DNA of 64,000 bases from Prosthecobacter sp. (GTDB lineage Bacteria; Verrucomicrobiota; Verrucomicrobiia; Verrucomicrobiales; Verrucomicrobiaceae). Of the stretch, positions 29,058-39,444 are shown one piece after another. A program made the position numbers and the translations under genes. The number at the start of each line of letters is the position of its first letter. Position 1 is the stretch's first letter. A model generated the notes under the pieces. That model did no database searches and had not been told where the DNA came from. It was given only the letters and a program-made list of their open reading frames with translations. The stretch lies in the NCBI RefSeq assembly GCF_044227185.1, contig NZ_JBGAFO010000017.1, positions 13,117 to 77,116 of the forward strand, given 5' to 3'.

Positions 29058-29081
29058 CATCTCGCTCCGCGAGATGAGCCC
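29058..29081. repeat. REP-like palindromic element, copy B
   Basis: catctcgctccgcgagatgagccc is identical over 24 nt to 5973..5996. 8-bp stem, 3-nt loop. The downstream flank (..cgcagtccgca..tcctcc..) also resembles the copy A flank. Confidence 0.7.
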
Positions 29082-29237
29082 GGCGCCAACCCCGCACCCC
29101 AGGCGTTTCGCAGTCCGCAAATCCTCCTTCCTTGCGAAGCCCTCCGTCTCGCGCGCGCAATGGGAGGAAACCACGCAGCCATGGCTGCAAAAAGGGGCGG
29201 CCATCACAGCCGCCCCTCTGACATAAGATCATTCCAC

Positions 29238-30131
29238 TCAGTTGGTCCCCGGTGGCGGCGCTGGATTGGCCGGCTCCGCGGGTTTCACTTCGACGGGCGG
29301 TGAAGCCGGGGTGCCAGGGGGGCTTCCCAGCGGAGGTGTCGTTCCCGCCGCCGGCGTCACCACTCCGCCCTTCGGACCATTGGGATCATCCGGAGCCAGC
29401 GTCGTGGCTGCGACCGCCGCCGCGGCTGCTTCCGCGGCTTTCTTTTTCGAAGCCGCCAGCTTCGCCGCATTGGCCTTCGCCTTTTCGGCGGACTGCTTCA
29501 GGTAAGTCTGGTAGTCCGGCCCATTGCCCGTCACCGTCACCGGCGTGCCCACGGACGTGTGCTCAAAGAGGATCGGCGCCATCTTCGAGGGCAGGCGCAC
29601 GCAGCCGTGCGAGGCACGGCGCCCAGGCTTCGGAATCGGCCCGATGTGCATGCCCACGCCATCTCCTGTGAGACGCATGAAGTAGGTCATCTTGGCCGGT
29701 TCAAAATGGCCGCCCTCCGGCAGCAGGTCTCGGCCCTGCTTGAAGTCCGAGTTCACCAGCTTGCCACTTTTATCAAAGCCCTTGCCGTAGAGGTTGGACA
29801 CTTTGTCCTTCACCTTCTCCAGGATCTTAAAGTCACCCGTGGGCGTGGGGAAGCTGGGGATGCCGCTGGCAAAATAGGTCCAGCCCACGACGTCGTTGCC
29901 GCTGTACAATGTCGCGCGCTGCACGTCCACGTTGGCAACGATCCGTGTGATGGGCTTGCTGCCGCCGGTCCATTCTCCGGGATACTTCCACTCCGCCTTC
30001 ACAGGCTCGGGGGGCGGCGCTGGCGGCTTCTTGCGGAAGAGCTGGCAGGATGGGGTCAGCAATACAGCGCCAAGCATGAGCCCGGCGCGCGTCAAAGACA
30101 GGGAGGTGTTTAATTTCACAGCGCCGGACAC
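29238..30131 (-). CDS. L,D-transpeptidase (YkuD domain) with Pro/Ala-rich C-terminal tail
   Basis: Catalytic block ASHGCVRLP in a YkuD-like domain. N-terminal signal/anchor. Confidence 0.85.
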   Translation of the reverse strand: MSGAVKLNTSLSLTRAGLMLGAVLLTPSCQLFRKKPPAPPPEPVKAEWKYPGEWTGGSKPITRIVANVDVQRATLYSGNDVVGWTYFASGIPSFPTPTGDFKILEKVKDKVSNLYGKGFDKSGKLVNSDFKQGRDLLPEGGHFEPAKMTYFMRLTGDGVGMHIGPIPKPGRRASHGCVRLPSKMAPILFEHTSVGTPVTVTGNGPDYQTYLKQSAEKAKANAAKLAASKKKAAEAAAAAVAATTLAPDDPNGPKGGVVTPAAGTTPPLGSPPGTPASPPVEVKPAEPANPAPPPGTN

Positions 30132-30177
30132 TAAGGGGCCTGTTTCCCGCCCTCAAGTACCAGCGGAAACAATATTT

Positions 30178-30831
30178 TCAGCAAAGATCGAACAGTTCCG
30201 CAGGCCGTGAAATAAGCACCTCCGCTCCGCACTCCACCAGCTCCGCCTCGCTGCGGAACCCCCAGCGCACCCCCACCGCCCGCATGCCGCTGTTCCGCGC
30301 AAAGCGCATGTCGATCCCCGAATCCCCCACGTAGGCCATCTCCTCCGTCTGCAGACCCAGAGAGGCCGCCATCTCCCGCGCCCCCGCCGCATCCGGCTTG
30401 CGCGGCACCTCGGCGCGCTGGCCCAGGATGTGGTCAAACACCGCTGCGCCAAAGAAATGCTCCGTCATCGGCACGGTAAAACGGTGCGCCTTGTTCGAGA
30501 TCACGCCCAGCTTCACCCCCCGGCCCTTCAGTTCCGCCAGCATCTCCACGATGCCCTCATACGGGCGGGTTTGCTCCTGCCACAGCAGGTCATACTGCGC
30601 CCGGTACTCCTCCACACAGACCTTGATCAGCTCCTCGCTCCGCACCGCCTCCGGCAGCGCCCGCTCCACCAGCTTTTCCATGCCGTCCCCCACCATCTGC
30701 TTGAACACCTCCTTCTCACAGCGCGGGTAGCCCCGCGCATCCAGCATCCGGTTGATCGACTCCGCAATGTCCGCCAGTGAGTCGATCAGCGTGCCGTCGA
30801 GGTCGAAAATGAAAGCTTTGAGGGTGGGCAT
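30178..30831 (-). CDS. HAD-IA hydrolase, phosphoglycolate phosphatase-like
   Basis: FIFDLDGTLIDS motif I directly after the internal start MPTLKA. Motif GVISNK and a late YVGDSGIDM block. Confidence 0.8.
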   Translation of the reverse strand: MPTLKAFIFDLDGTLIDSLADIAESINRMLDARGYPRCEKEVFKQMVGDGMEKLVERALPEAVRSEELIKVCVEEYRAQYDLLWQEQTRPYEGIVEMLAELKGRGVKLGVISNKAHRFTVPMTEHFFGAAVFDHILGQRAEVPRKPDAAGAREMAASLGLQTEEMAYVGDSGIDMRFARNSGMRAVGVRWGFRSEAELVECGAEVLISRPAELFDLC

Positions 30832-30901
30832 GATCTCTTTCCATGCCGCAAATGACGCCGCGATCAACTTGCCAGCGCGCCCAATGCAGCGAAAAACTCC
30901 C

Positions 30902-31714
30902 ATGCTCACCGACTACCACACCCACACCCCCCTTTGCCTGCATGCGGAGGGAAACCCTGTGGACTACGCGCGGCACGCCCGGAGCATCGGCCTCGCGGAG
31001 ATCGGCCTGTCAGACCACAACCCCATGCCGGAGATCTATGACAACTGGCGCATGCCTCTCTCCGATCTGCCGCGCTACTTTGAGCTGGTGGAGGAAGCCC
31101 GCGCCGCGCTGCCAGACTTTCCCATCCGTCTCGCGCTCGAGTGCGACCACATCGAGGGGCATCAAAAGTGGATCGATGACACCACTTCCATGGCTGAATG
31201 GGACTACCTCATCGGCAGCGTGCATTACATCCACGACGGCATCGCCGTGGACGATCCCAAGCACGTCTCCCGCTGGAAAACCGCCTCCGACATCGAGCAC
31301 ATGTGGGGCATGTACTGGAAGCTCTACGAGCAGATGATCCGCACCCGGCAGTTCGACTTCCACGCCCACCCGGACCTGGCCAAACGCTTTGGCCTGCGCC
31401 CCGAAGGAGATCTGCGCCACTACTACGAGCCCGTGATCCAGGCTCTGGTGGACACAAACGGCATTCTCGAAGTGAGCACCGCCGGCCTGCGCAAGGACGT
31501 GCGTGAAATCTACCCTGCCCGCGAAATGCTGGAGATGGCCTTTGCCGCCAAAGTCCCCGTTGTCATCAATTCAGACGCCCACGTCCCCACCGACGTCGGC
31601 CTGGATTTCAACCAGGCGCTCGACCTCGTGCGCAGCGTCGGCTACACCACCACCGTGCGCTTTGAAAAACGCCAGCGGAAGGTGGTTCCTCTTCCAGAAA
31701 AGTGGCCGTTATGA
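30902..31714 (+). CDS. Histidinol-phosphatase, HisJ family (PHP domain)
   Basis: MLTDYHTHTPLCLHAEG N-terminus plus PHP His clusters (GLSDHNPM, GSVHYI, FHAHPD). Confidence 0.8.
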   Translation: MLTDYHTHTPLCLHAEGNPVDYARHARSIGLAEIGLSDHNPMPEIYDNWRMPLSDLPRYFELVEEARAALPDFPIRLALECDHIEGHQKWIDDTTSMAEWDYLIGSVHYIHDGIAVDDPKHVSRWKTASDIEHMWGMYWKLYEQMIRTRQFDFHAHPDLAKRFGLRPEGDLRHYYEPVIQALVDTNGILEVSTAGLRKDVREIYPAREMLEMAFAAKVPVVINSDAHVPTDVGLDFNQALDLVRSVGYTTTVRFEKRQRKVVPLPEKWPL

Positions 31715-32559
31715 TCCTCCAGGCTCGCCAGCACCGCATCGAGTTTCCCCGCCGCCCGCTGGTGATGGGAATCGTGAACATCAATGACGACTCCTTCTGC
31801 GGAGACGGCACGCTGGATCCCACCCTGGCGCTGGCCCAGGCGCGCCAGCAGCTTCAGGAGGGCGCGGACATCATCGACATTGGCGCGGAAAGCGCCCGCA
31901 CCAACCGCGAGGCCATCAGCGTCTCGGAGGAGATCGACCGCCTGCTCCCTTTCCTCGCCAAATGGCCGGAGCTCGCCTCCCGCTTCAATGCCCCGCTGCT
32001 TTCCATCAACACCTGGCGCAGCGACGTCATCGCCGAAGTGCTGCCGCAGGGCGGCGACCTCATCAATGACATCAGCGGCCTCCCGGACGCCTTCAACGCC
32101 AAGCTCTGTGCCGAGCACAACGCCGGGCTCCTCATCATGCACAGCGTGGGCCAGCCCAAGGTGCCCCACACCCATGTGCAGTATGACAGCATCATGGACA
32201 CGCTGGACCACTTCTTCGAGCAGCGCCTCGTGCTGGCGGAAAGCGTGGGCTTGCCACGCGAAAACATCCTGCTCGACCCCGGCATCGACTTTGCCAAGCA
32301 GAAGGACGACAACCTCACGATCTATCGCGAGCTGCAGCGCCTCCATCGCTTCGAGCGCCCTCTCCTCCTGCCCGTCTCACGCAAGACGGTCATTGGAGAC
32401 GTCCTGGGCATTCCCGCCCTGGAGCGCGATGCCGCCACCCAGGCCTGCATCGCCGCCGGCATGAAGCGTGGTGCGCAGCTCTTCCGCGTTCACAACGTCA
32501 AGGCCGCCGTGCAGACCGTGAAGATGCTCTGGGCCGTGGAAAGTACTCGCGGGCTCTAG
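31702..32559 (+). CDS. folP: Dihydropteroate synthase
   Basis: MGIVNINDDSFCGDG and DIIDIGAESART blocks typical of FolP. 13-nt overlap with the upstream gene. Confidence 0.9.
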   Translation: MAVMILQARQHRIEFPRRPLVMGIVNINDDSFCGDGTLDPTLALAQARQQLQEGADIIDIGAESARTNREAISVSEEIDRLLPFLAKWPELASRFNAPLLSINTWRSDVIAEVLPQGGDLINDISGLPDAFNAKLCAEHNAGLLIMHSVGQPKVPHTHVQYDSIMDTLDHFFEQRLVLAESVGLPRENILLDPGIDFAKQKDDNLTIYRELQRLHRFERPLLLPVSRKTVIGDVLGIPALERDAATQACIAAGMKRGAQLFRVHNVKAAVQTVKMLWAVESTRGL

Positions 32560-32714
32560 CTCGCTCTGGGAAGCGCACGCTCACCGCCACTCAGGCAGAT
32601 TTGGAGTGCGGTCGCGAAGCGAAGAATGAGCGCAGCTGCCGCTTTCCGCAGGCCGGAATGCTTCCGAATATCAGCAGACATTCGAAAGCACCCGAAGGTT
32701 CTCGATGATGAAAA

Positions 32715-34604
32715 TCAAGCCGCGCCTTCTTCCGCCTTCTCAGCCTCGGGAGCAGCAGCTTCGTCTTGCGACGACTCCGCCAGCTTCTCTTCGGCCGCCT
32801 CCGCCAGCACTTCCTCCGCGATCGACTCCTCCACGGGAGGACTCGTCAGCGCGGGTTCGGCTTCTTTCGCAGGCGCTTCGGGAGCAGCTTCAGCCTTCAC
32901 AGGTTCTTCCACCTGGGGATTCGCCAGCGCGGCCTGGGCCTCTTCGGCCATCAGTTCTTCGGCCATGGACTCCTCCACCGGCGCCACGTCAGACGGCGGC
33001 TCCGCCAGCTCTTCCTCCACTTCAGCCGCGGTTTCAGCATGCGCCTCAGTCGCAGGAGCGGCCGCTTCCGCCGCCTCCTTCGCAGCAGGGGCCTCCTTCT
33101 TCGCGCCCGCAGGTTCACCCTGCACGCCCAGGAAGACCATGCCGTCGCTGTATTCGATCACGTAGCCTTCATTCGCCAGCCAGCGGATGTCCTTGATCAC
33201 CGCGATCTGCTCGTCCGTGGGATGCTTCGGCGCATTCGGGTCGGTGCCCTCCGGAGCTTCAGGTGAAGGCACAATCGACTCCACCAGCTTCTGCATGGGC
33301 ATGCCATGGCTGGTCTTCAGGTGCTCCACGATCAGCGCGAGGCGGTCTGAAAACACCATGCCCGGCTCGATGGCACGCGGCTTGACCCGGCAGACGAACT
33401 GCTTGCCCGCACGGCGCTTGAACAGCTTCATGCCCCGGCGCTCCAGCCCGGCTCCGAGCTTCTGCGAAATCTCAAAGAGATGCTTCCGCGCGGCGTCCAC
33501 CGCCTGGCGCAGCATGATGAAAAACACATGCGCCAGCTTCTGCTTGTCGATGTTCCCCGGCACCGTGGCGTCACGCACTTCGATGACGGCGTCATTGCCA
33601 AAGGTGCGGCGGAAATGCGCCTCCATGTCAGCACGGGAGTTGAGCGCCAGCGGCTCGCCGCCCTCCGGCACCTCGCCCTTCAGGCACACCCAGCGGCGGC
33701 CCTTGCTCATGTTTTCCTTCCACTTCGCGACGAGCTCCGGATTGGCCTCCACGCGAATGCGGCGTTTGAAATCCTCCAGCGACATGTTGGAAAACCGCTC
33801 ACGATGCAGCCGCATCACACCTGTCTGATAGCTGTGATGGCTCGGCGGGGCGATGATTTCGCCGCTCATGCCGCAGACGGCCACGGAGGCAAATTCCCCC
33901 TTCGGCGCCTCGAGCTCGATCTCTTCCACCCGGTAAAACTCATCCAGCGCTGCGCTGCGCAGCACATGATTGAGCGCTTCATCCCGTGAGAGGAAAAGGC
34001 TGCCGTCCGCAGGCACATGGTAGAGGCCCGTGGCGCGCTCTTCCGCGCAGCGAAAGCGCACCATGAATCGGTCGCCACCCGCCAGCACCAGCCGTGCGGC
34101 GTCAAACATGCTGAAGGCATGACCCGTCTGGCGCACGTGCGCGGCCAGGGCGTCCACCGACTTGTCGTCAGGGAAGATCGTGACCTGCACGTCCTTCGGA
34201 ATCTCCACCCACTCACGCTGCGGCGGGCCGCCACGGTCGCGATCTCCAAACCGGCGCGGACCACGGCGGTCATCGCCATCGCGGCGCGGGGGGCCGCCTT
34301 CGCCACGCGGACGGAATCCGCCGCCACCAGGACCATCACGACGCGGAGCGCCACCGCCAGGGCCATCACGGCGCGGAGGCGGGCCCCGGCGATCATCACG
34401 GCCGCCAAAGCCGCCGCCACCGCCACGGCGGTCGTCACGGCCACCGCGTTGCGGGCGGTCTTCGGCATCGGCATAGCGTTGTTTGATTTTATCTTCCTTG
34501 CCGAACTCGCCCACCCACGCAGGCATCAGTTTCAAATCGGAAAGGTCAACCAGGCCGCTGTTTTCTGGCGTCTGGCTGTCGGTGATGGGTTCGGGTTCGG
34601 TCAT
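32715..34604 (-). CDS. Hypothetical protein with RGG/Pro-rich N-terminal region and Ala/Glu-rich acidic C-terminal tail
   Basis: 629 aa. ~110-aa low-complexity RGG segment (RDDRRGGGGGFGGRDDRRGPPPRRDGPGGG...), a globular middle region, and a C-terminal EEAxA-rich tail. No family recognised. Confidence 0.7.
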   Translation of the reverse strand: MTEPEPITDSQTPENSGLVDLSDLKLMPAWVGEFGKEDKIKQRYADAEDRPQRGGRDDRRGGGGGFGGRDDRRGPPPRRDGPGGGAPRRDGPGGGGFRPRGEGGPPRRDGDDRRGPRRFGDRDRGGPPQREWVEIPKDVQVTIFPDDKSVDALAAHVRQTGHAFSMFDAARLVLAGGDRFMVRFRCAEERATGLYHVPADGSLFLSRDEALNHVLRSAALDEFYRVEEIELEAPKGEFASVAVCGMSGEIIAPPSHHSYQTGVMRLHRERFSNMSLEDFKRRIRVEANPELVAKWKENMSKGRRWVCLKGEVPEGGEPLALNSRADMEAHFRRTFGNDAVIEVRDATVPGNIDKQKLAHVFFIMLRQAVDAARKHLFEISQKLGAGLERRGMKLFKRRAGKQFVCRVKPRAIEPGMVFSDRLALIVEHLKTSHGMPMQKLVESIVPSPEAPEGTDPNAPKHPTDEQIAVIKDIRWLANEGYVIEYSDGMVFLGVQGEPAGAKKEAPAAKEAAEAAAPATEAHAETAAEVEEELAEPPSDVAPVEESMAEELMAEEAQAALANPQVEEPVKAEAAPEAPAKEAEPALTSPPVEESIAEEVLAEAAEEKLAESSQDEAAAPEAEKAEEGAA

Positions 34605-34709
34605 ACTTTTCAGGCTGGAAGGGGGCCGCGACTATGCCTCGAATCGGATTTGTCGCCACTTTTGTTCGTGTGGCGTTTTCTTGGCTTGGCATTATGTGAA
34701 CAAGTCCCC

Positions 34710-35612
34710 ATGCCAGCCGAACCCATCACTTTCTTCAACCGCCTCACCCAGCGCCTCGAAACGGAGGCGGTGTACGGGGAGGGTTTCCTGCGCTTTACCT
34801 ATGAAAATCCCCTCGGTTCCCTCCCCCTGCATGCGCTGGTGACCCGCTCCGCCTTCTCCCGCTGGTACGGCAGCCGCATGGACGCTCCCGCCAGCCGGGC
34901 CAAGATCGCCCCCTTTCTGGCCACCTACGGCCTGGACACCAGCGAATTCGCCGAAGCCCCGGATTCCTTCCGCACCTTCAACGAATTCTTTTACCGCAAG
35001 CTCAAGCCCCAGGCCCGCCCCATCGCTCCGGGGGATGACGTCATCACCTTCCCCGCTGACGGCCGTCACCTCGTGCTGCCAGACATCGCCTCCTGCACCG
35101 ATTTTTTCGTCAAAGGCACCCGTTTTGACCTTGCCGCCCTCCTGCGGGACGACTCCCTCGCCACCCGCTTCGCCCGCGGCAGCATGCTCATCTCCCGCCT
35201 CTGCCCGGTGGACTACCACCGCTTCCATTTCCCATGCGCCGGCACGCCGGGGCCCGCCCGCCTCATCAATGGCCCGCTCTATTCGGTGAGCCCCATCGCC
35301 CTGCGCCGCCGCGCCAGCATCCACTGGGAAAACAAGCGCGAGATCACCCTGCTGCGCACCCCTGCCCTCGGTGATGTCCTTCTTCTCGAAGTCGGCGCCA
35401 CCTGCGTGGGCTCCATCATCCAGACCTACAAGCCTGGCGTCCCCGTCGAGAAAGGCGCCGAAAAAGGCTACTTCCGCTTCGGCGGTTCCTGCTTCATCAC
35501 GATTTTCGAACCCGGGAAAATCCGTTTCGCGGACGATTTGGTGGAGCACAGCCGCGCAGGCCGCGAAGTCTATGCCCGCATGGGCGAGGTGGCCGCTCAC
35601 GCCCTCGGGTGA
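34710..35612 (+). CDS. psd: Phosphatidylserine decarboxylase family proenzyme
   Basis: The internal start MPAEPITFFNR gives a ~300-aa protein with FNEFFYRKLKP and DGRHLV blocks and the self-cleavage-site-like FRFGGSCF. Confidence 0.85.
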   Translation: MPAEPITFFNRLTQRLETEAVYGEGFLRFTYENPLGSLPLHALVTRSAFSRWYGSRMDAPASRAKIAPFLATYGLDTSEFAEAPDSFRTFNEFFYRKLKPQARPIAPGDDVITFPADGRHLVLPDIASCTDFFVKGTRFDLAALLRDDSLATRFARGSMLISRLCPVDYHRFHFPCAGTPGPARLINGPLYSVSPIALRRRASIHWENKREITLLRTPALGDVLLLEVGATCVGSIIQTYKPGVPVEKGAEKGYFRFGGSCFITIFEPGKIRFADDLVEHSRAGREVYARMGEVAAHALG

Positions 35613-36490
35613 AATTTCCGATGCACCTCCTTCAGCCGCGCCTGATCCACATGCGTGTAGATCTGCGTGGTGGAGATGTCCGCATGGCCCAGCATTTCCT
35701 GAATCACCCGCAGGTCAGCCCCGTTGTTCAACAGGTGGGTGGCAAAGCTGTGGCGCAGCAAATGCGGATGCACCCGCGCCGGATCCAGCCCGCACAGCTC
35801 CGCCCGTTCCTTCACGATCTGCTGAATGCGCGCCGTCGTCAATTGGGTCCCGTTGCGTGAAATAAATAGGTGGCTCTGCGTTTTCGGCCCCACCAGCTCT
35901 GGCCGCGCATGCTTCACATAGGCCGCGATGGCCTCCCGCGCCGCGCCGCCCACTGGCGAGAGCCGTGTCTTCGAGCCTTTCCCCGTCACACGGATCCAGC
36001 CCTCCTCCAGGCTGAGGTTCTCCAGCCGCGCGTCCGCCAGCTCTGACAGGCGCACCCCGCTGGCGTAAAACAGCTCTAAAATCGCCCGGTCCCGCCGGTC
36101 CAGCGGCGCGGTGCCATTCACGGATTCGACGAGCTTCTGCACGTCCTGCTCGTTCAAAGAATCCGGCAGGTGCTTCTCCTGCCTCGGTGGCAGAATGGGG
36201 TCTGCAGGATCGACAGCGATCTTTCTTCGCGCTGTGAGCCAGCGGAAAAAGATCTTCAGCGCAATGAGCTCCACTCGCGCCGAGGACGCCGCGATGCCGT
36301 CCTTTTTCCGCTGGGCCAGGTAGCCTCCCACATGCTCCGTCGTTACGGCGGCCACGCTGGCGGAGTCATGCTTCGTTTGGAACCACGAGGCAAACGCCTC
36401 CAGCACCCGGCGCACCAGAAGCTGATAGTTCGCGGACAGGCCGCGCTCGGTCGCCAGGTGGAGGATGAAGCCATCGATAAGTTCCTGCAT
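35597..36490 (-). CDS. xerD: Site-specific tyrosine recombinase XerC/XerD family
   Basis: RDRAILELFYASGVRLSEL, HLLRHSFATHLL and LGHADISTTQIYTHV catalytic blocks. XerD versus XerC cannot be settled from sequence alone. Confidence 0.85.
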   Translation of the reverse strand: MQELIDGFILHLATERGLSANYQLLVRRVLEAFASWFQTKHDSASVAAVTTEHVGGYLAQRKKDGIAASSARVELIALKIFFRWLTARRKIAVDPADPILPPRQEKHLPDSLNEQDVQKLVESVNGTAPLDRRDRAILELFYASGVRLSELADARLENLSLEEGWIRVTGKGSKTRLSPVGGAAREAIAAYVKHARPELVGPKTQSHLFISRNGTQLTTARIQQIVKERAELCGLDPARVHPHLLRHSFATHLLNNGADLRVIQEMLGHADISTTQIYTHVDQARLKEVHRKFHPRA

Positions 36491-36577
36491 CAGCCTTCAC
36501 CATCGCACGGATTCCAGCGTCAGGAGAATGACAAAATTCTTGCCCTCAGGCACCGGGGGCGGCAAAGATGCCCCATT

Positions 36578-37144
36578 ATGGCCTCCTACAACAAAGTCAT
36601 GCTCATCGGCAATCTGACCCGCGACCCCGAAGTGCGCTACACGCCCAAAGGCAGCGCGGTCTGCGACATCGGTCTCGCCGTGAACCGCGTGTACACCTCC
36701 GACAGCGGTGAAAAGGTGGAGGAAGTAACCTTCGTGGACGTCGTCCTCTGGGCCAAGATGGCGGAACTCGCCGGCAAATACCTTCACAAAGGCCGCCCTG
36801 TCTTCATCGAAGGCCGCCTGCAGATGGACTCCTGGGAGGACAAGCAGACCGGCCAGAAGCGCACCCGCATGCGCGTCGTCGGCGAGCAGATGCAGTTCCT
36901 CGGCAGCCCCGGCGGCGACCGCAATCAAGGTGGCGGCGGAGGTGGCGATGACGAAGGCGGCTACTCCGGCGGTGGTGGTGGTGGTGGCGGCGGTGGTTAC
37001 AACCGTCCGCAGCAGCGTCCGGCCCAGCGCCCAGCCCCCCAGCAGCAGCGTCCGGCCCAGCGCCCTGCTCCCCCGCCCCAGAATGATGATTTCGGTGAAG
37101 GCCCCATCACCGACGGCATGGAAGACGACGACATTCCGTTTTAA
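36578..37144 (+). CDS. ssb: Single-stranded DNA-binding protein
   Basis: MASYNKVMLIGNLTRDPEVRYTPKG OB-fold N-terminus, Gly-rich linker, and acidic tip DDDIPF. Confidence 0.95.
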   Translation: MASYNKVMLIGNLTRDPEVRYTPKGSAVCDIGLAVNRVYTSDSGEKVEEVTFVDVVLWAKMAELAGKYLHKGRPVFIEGRLQMDSWEDKQTGQKRTRMRVVGEQMQFLGSPGGDRNQGGGGGGDDEGGYSGGGGGGGGGGYNRPQQRPAQRPAPQQQRPAQRPAPPPQNDDFGEGPITDGMEDDDIPF

Positions 37145-37214
37145 GAGCTGAGCGGGGCGTTTTGCCCTGCTTGATTGGAAGAGAACCTGCTCCCAGGCCG
37201 TTATCTGCGGCCCC

Positions 37215-39434
37215 GTGAATCGCTTCGTACCCAGCTTGGTTTGCGCACTCAGCGCCGTCGCTTTGTCGTCGGCGTCTGCCGCCGAGACTGTGTCCTTCCG
37301 CAATGATGTGATGGCCGCCATTTCCAAAGCCGGCTGCAACCTCGGCACCTGCCATGGCAATGCGACGGGCAAAGGCGGCTTCAAGCTCTCCCTCCGCGGC
37401 CAGGATGCGGACTTCGACTTCAAGGCCCTCGCCCGCGATGCCGCCGGCCGCCGTGTGGATCTCTTCGCTCCGGAGCGCAGCCTGATCCTCGTCAAAGGCG
37501 CCAACCAGATCGCGCATGAGGGCGGCAAGAAGCTCGATCCGAAAAACTGGGAGTATCAGGTGCTGCGGAGCTGGATCGCCGCAGGCCTGCCGCGCGATGA
37601 CAGCACCGCCCCCAAGCTGACCAAGCTCACCGTCACGCCCACCGAACGCGTCTTGGACGAACCCCAAGACAAGGTACAAATCACTGTTCAAGCCACCTTT
37701 GCCGATGGCACGAAGCGCGACATCACCGACCGCGCCATCTATGAGCCGCTGCAGAACGGCCTGGTCGAAGTGAGCCGCGGCGGCCTGGTGAAACGCCTGC
37801 AGTTTGGCGAGCCGGGCGTGCTCGTGCGTTACCTCAACCAATCCGCCACGGTGCGCCTGACCTTTGTGAAAGCGAATGCCGCCTTTGCCTGGAGCAATCC
37901 GCGCCGCGACAACTACATCGACTCCCACATCTTCGGCAAGCTCAGGACCCTGCGCATGAACCCCAGCGCCCTGTGCAGCGACGAGGTCTTCGTCCGCCGC
38001 GCCTGGCTGGATCTCTGCGGCATCATCCCGCCCGCCGATGAAGCCCGCGCCTTTGCCGCAGACACGCACCGCGACAAACGCGCGCGTCTCATCGACCGCC
38101 TCATGGTGCGCCCCGAGTTTGCCGATTTCTGGACGCTGAAATGGTCCGACGTTCTCAAGGTCGAATCCCGCACGCTGGACACCAAAGGCCTGCGAGCCTT
38201 CCACGGCTGGATTCGCGGCTGCATCGCGCGGAACCGTCCCATCAACGAAATGGTGCGCGCCATGCTGGCCTCACGCGGCAGCACCTATCACGAGCCCGAA
38301 ACGAATTTCTACCGCGCCAACCGCACGCCCGAACTTCGCGCCACCACGGCGGCTCAGGTGTTTCTCGGCACCCGCCTCCAGTGCGCGCAATGCCACAACC
38401 ATCCCTTCGACCGCTGGACGCAGGACGACTACTACAACTGGTCCGCCGTCTTCGCCCAGGTGGACTACAAGATCCTCGAGAACATCAAGCCCCGCGACAA
38501 GAGCGACAAGCATGAGTTCAACGGCGAGCAGGTGGTCTTCCTCAATGCCAAGCTGAACATCGAAAACCCGCGCACCGGCGATGTGGCAAAGGCCCGCTTC
38601 CTCGGTGCCGACATGCCGAAGCTCGCCGAAAAAGAAGACGAGCTCCAGGCCGCCGCGAGCTGGCTCACCAGCGCGCAGCACCCGCTCTTTGCCAAGGCGC
38701 AGGCCAACCGCATCTGGTACCACCTGATGGGCCGCGGCCTTGTCGATCCCGTGGATGACATGCGCCTCACCAACCCCGCCAGCCATCCGCAGCTTCTGGA
38801 AGAACTCTCCCACGATCTCGTCCGCAGCGGCTTTGATCTGCGCCATCTCATCCGCACCATCATGCTGAGCCGCACCTATCAGCTCGACAGCGCGCCCAAC
38901 GGAACCAACGCCGCCGATCTCGCCAACTACTCCCATCACCTGCCCCGCCGCCTCAGCGCCGAGCAGCTCATCGATTCGCTCTACACCTCACTTGGTGTCA
39001 CCCCGCAGTTCAAAGACTGGGACCGCGGCCTCCGTGCGGGCCAGATCCCCGGCCCCGCCAATGGCCGCGGCAGTCCAGATCCCATGTCCCCCGAAGCCTT
39101 CCTCGTCCAGTTCGGCCGCCCGAAACGCGAGCTGAGCTGCGAATGCGAACGTGGCGCCGACACCTCCATCGGCCAGATTTTCCAGTTCATCAGCGGCCCC
39201 ATCGTCAGCAGCGTCGTCTCACAGAAATACAACCACCTCTACTCGCTGCTCAAGAACCCCGACAACGCCGCCGTCACCCGCGATCTCTACTGGTCCCTCC
39301 TCACCCGCGCCCCCACCGGCGACGAATCCAAAGTCATCGAATCCCTCCTCGCCTCCGCCAAAGACCGCCGCCTCGCCCTGGAAGACATCGCCTGGAGCCT
39401 CGTGAACGCGAAGGAGTTTTTGCTTTGCCGTTAG
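37215..39434 (+). CDS. PSCyt2/DUF1549/DUF1553 (PSD1) domain protein, second copy
   Basis: GTG start with signal peptide. CNLGTCHGNATGKGGFKLSLRG and CAQCHNHPFDRWTQDDYYNW blocks. No DUF1501 partner follows it. Confidence 0.88.
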   Translation: MNRFVPSLVCALSAVALSSASAAETVSFRNDVMAAISKAGCNLGTCHGNATGKGGFKLSLRGQDADFDFKALARDAAGRRVDLFAPERSLILVKGANQIAHEGGKKLDPKNWEYQVLRSWIAAGLPRDDSTAPKLTKLTVTPTERVLDEPQDKVQITVQATFADGTKRDITDRAIYEPLQNGLVEVSRGGLVKRLQFGEPGVLVRYLNQSATVRLTFVKANAAFAWSNPRRDNYIDSHIFGKLRTLRMNPSALCSDEVFVRRAWLDLCGIIPPADEARAFAADTHRDKRARLIDRLMVRPEFADFWTLKWSDVLKVESRTLDTKGLRAFHGWIRGCIARNRPINEMVRAMLASRGSTYHEPETNFYRANRTPELRATTAAQVFLGTRLQCAQCHNHPFDRWTQDDYYNWSAVFAQVDYKILENIKPRDKSDKHEFNGEQVVFLNAKLNIENPRTGDVAKARFLGADMPKLAEKEDELQAAASWLTSAQHPLFAKAQANRIWYHLMGRGLVDPVDDMRLTNPASHPQLLEELSHDLVRSGFDLRHLIRTIMLSRTYQLDSAPNGTNAADLANYSHHLPRRLSAEQLIDSLYTSLGVTPQFKDWDRGLRAGQIPGPANGRGSPDPMSPEAFLVQFGRPKRELSCECERGADTSIGQIFQFISGPIVSSVVSQKYNHLYSLLKNPDNAAVTRDLYWSLLTRAPTGDESKVIESLLASAKDRRLALEDIAWSLVNAKEFLLCR

Positions 39435-39444
39435 TCCAAAGTTT

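Noticed and set aside
26815-29232. 805-aa minus-strand ORF opposite secDF.
   Set aside because: It is antisense to a confidently identified SecDF gene. The product is Gly/Asp/His/Arg-rich low-complexity sequence with no recognisable domain. This is a GC-driven open frame.
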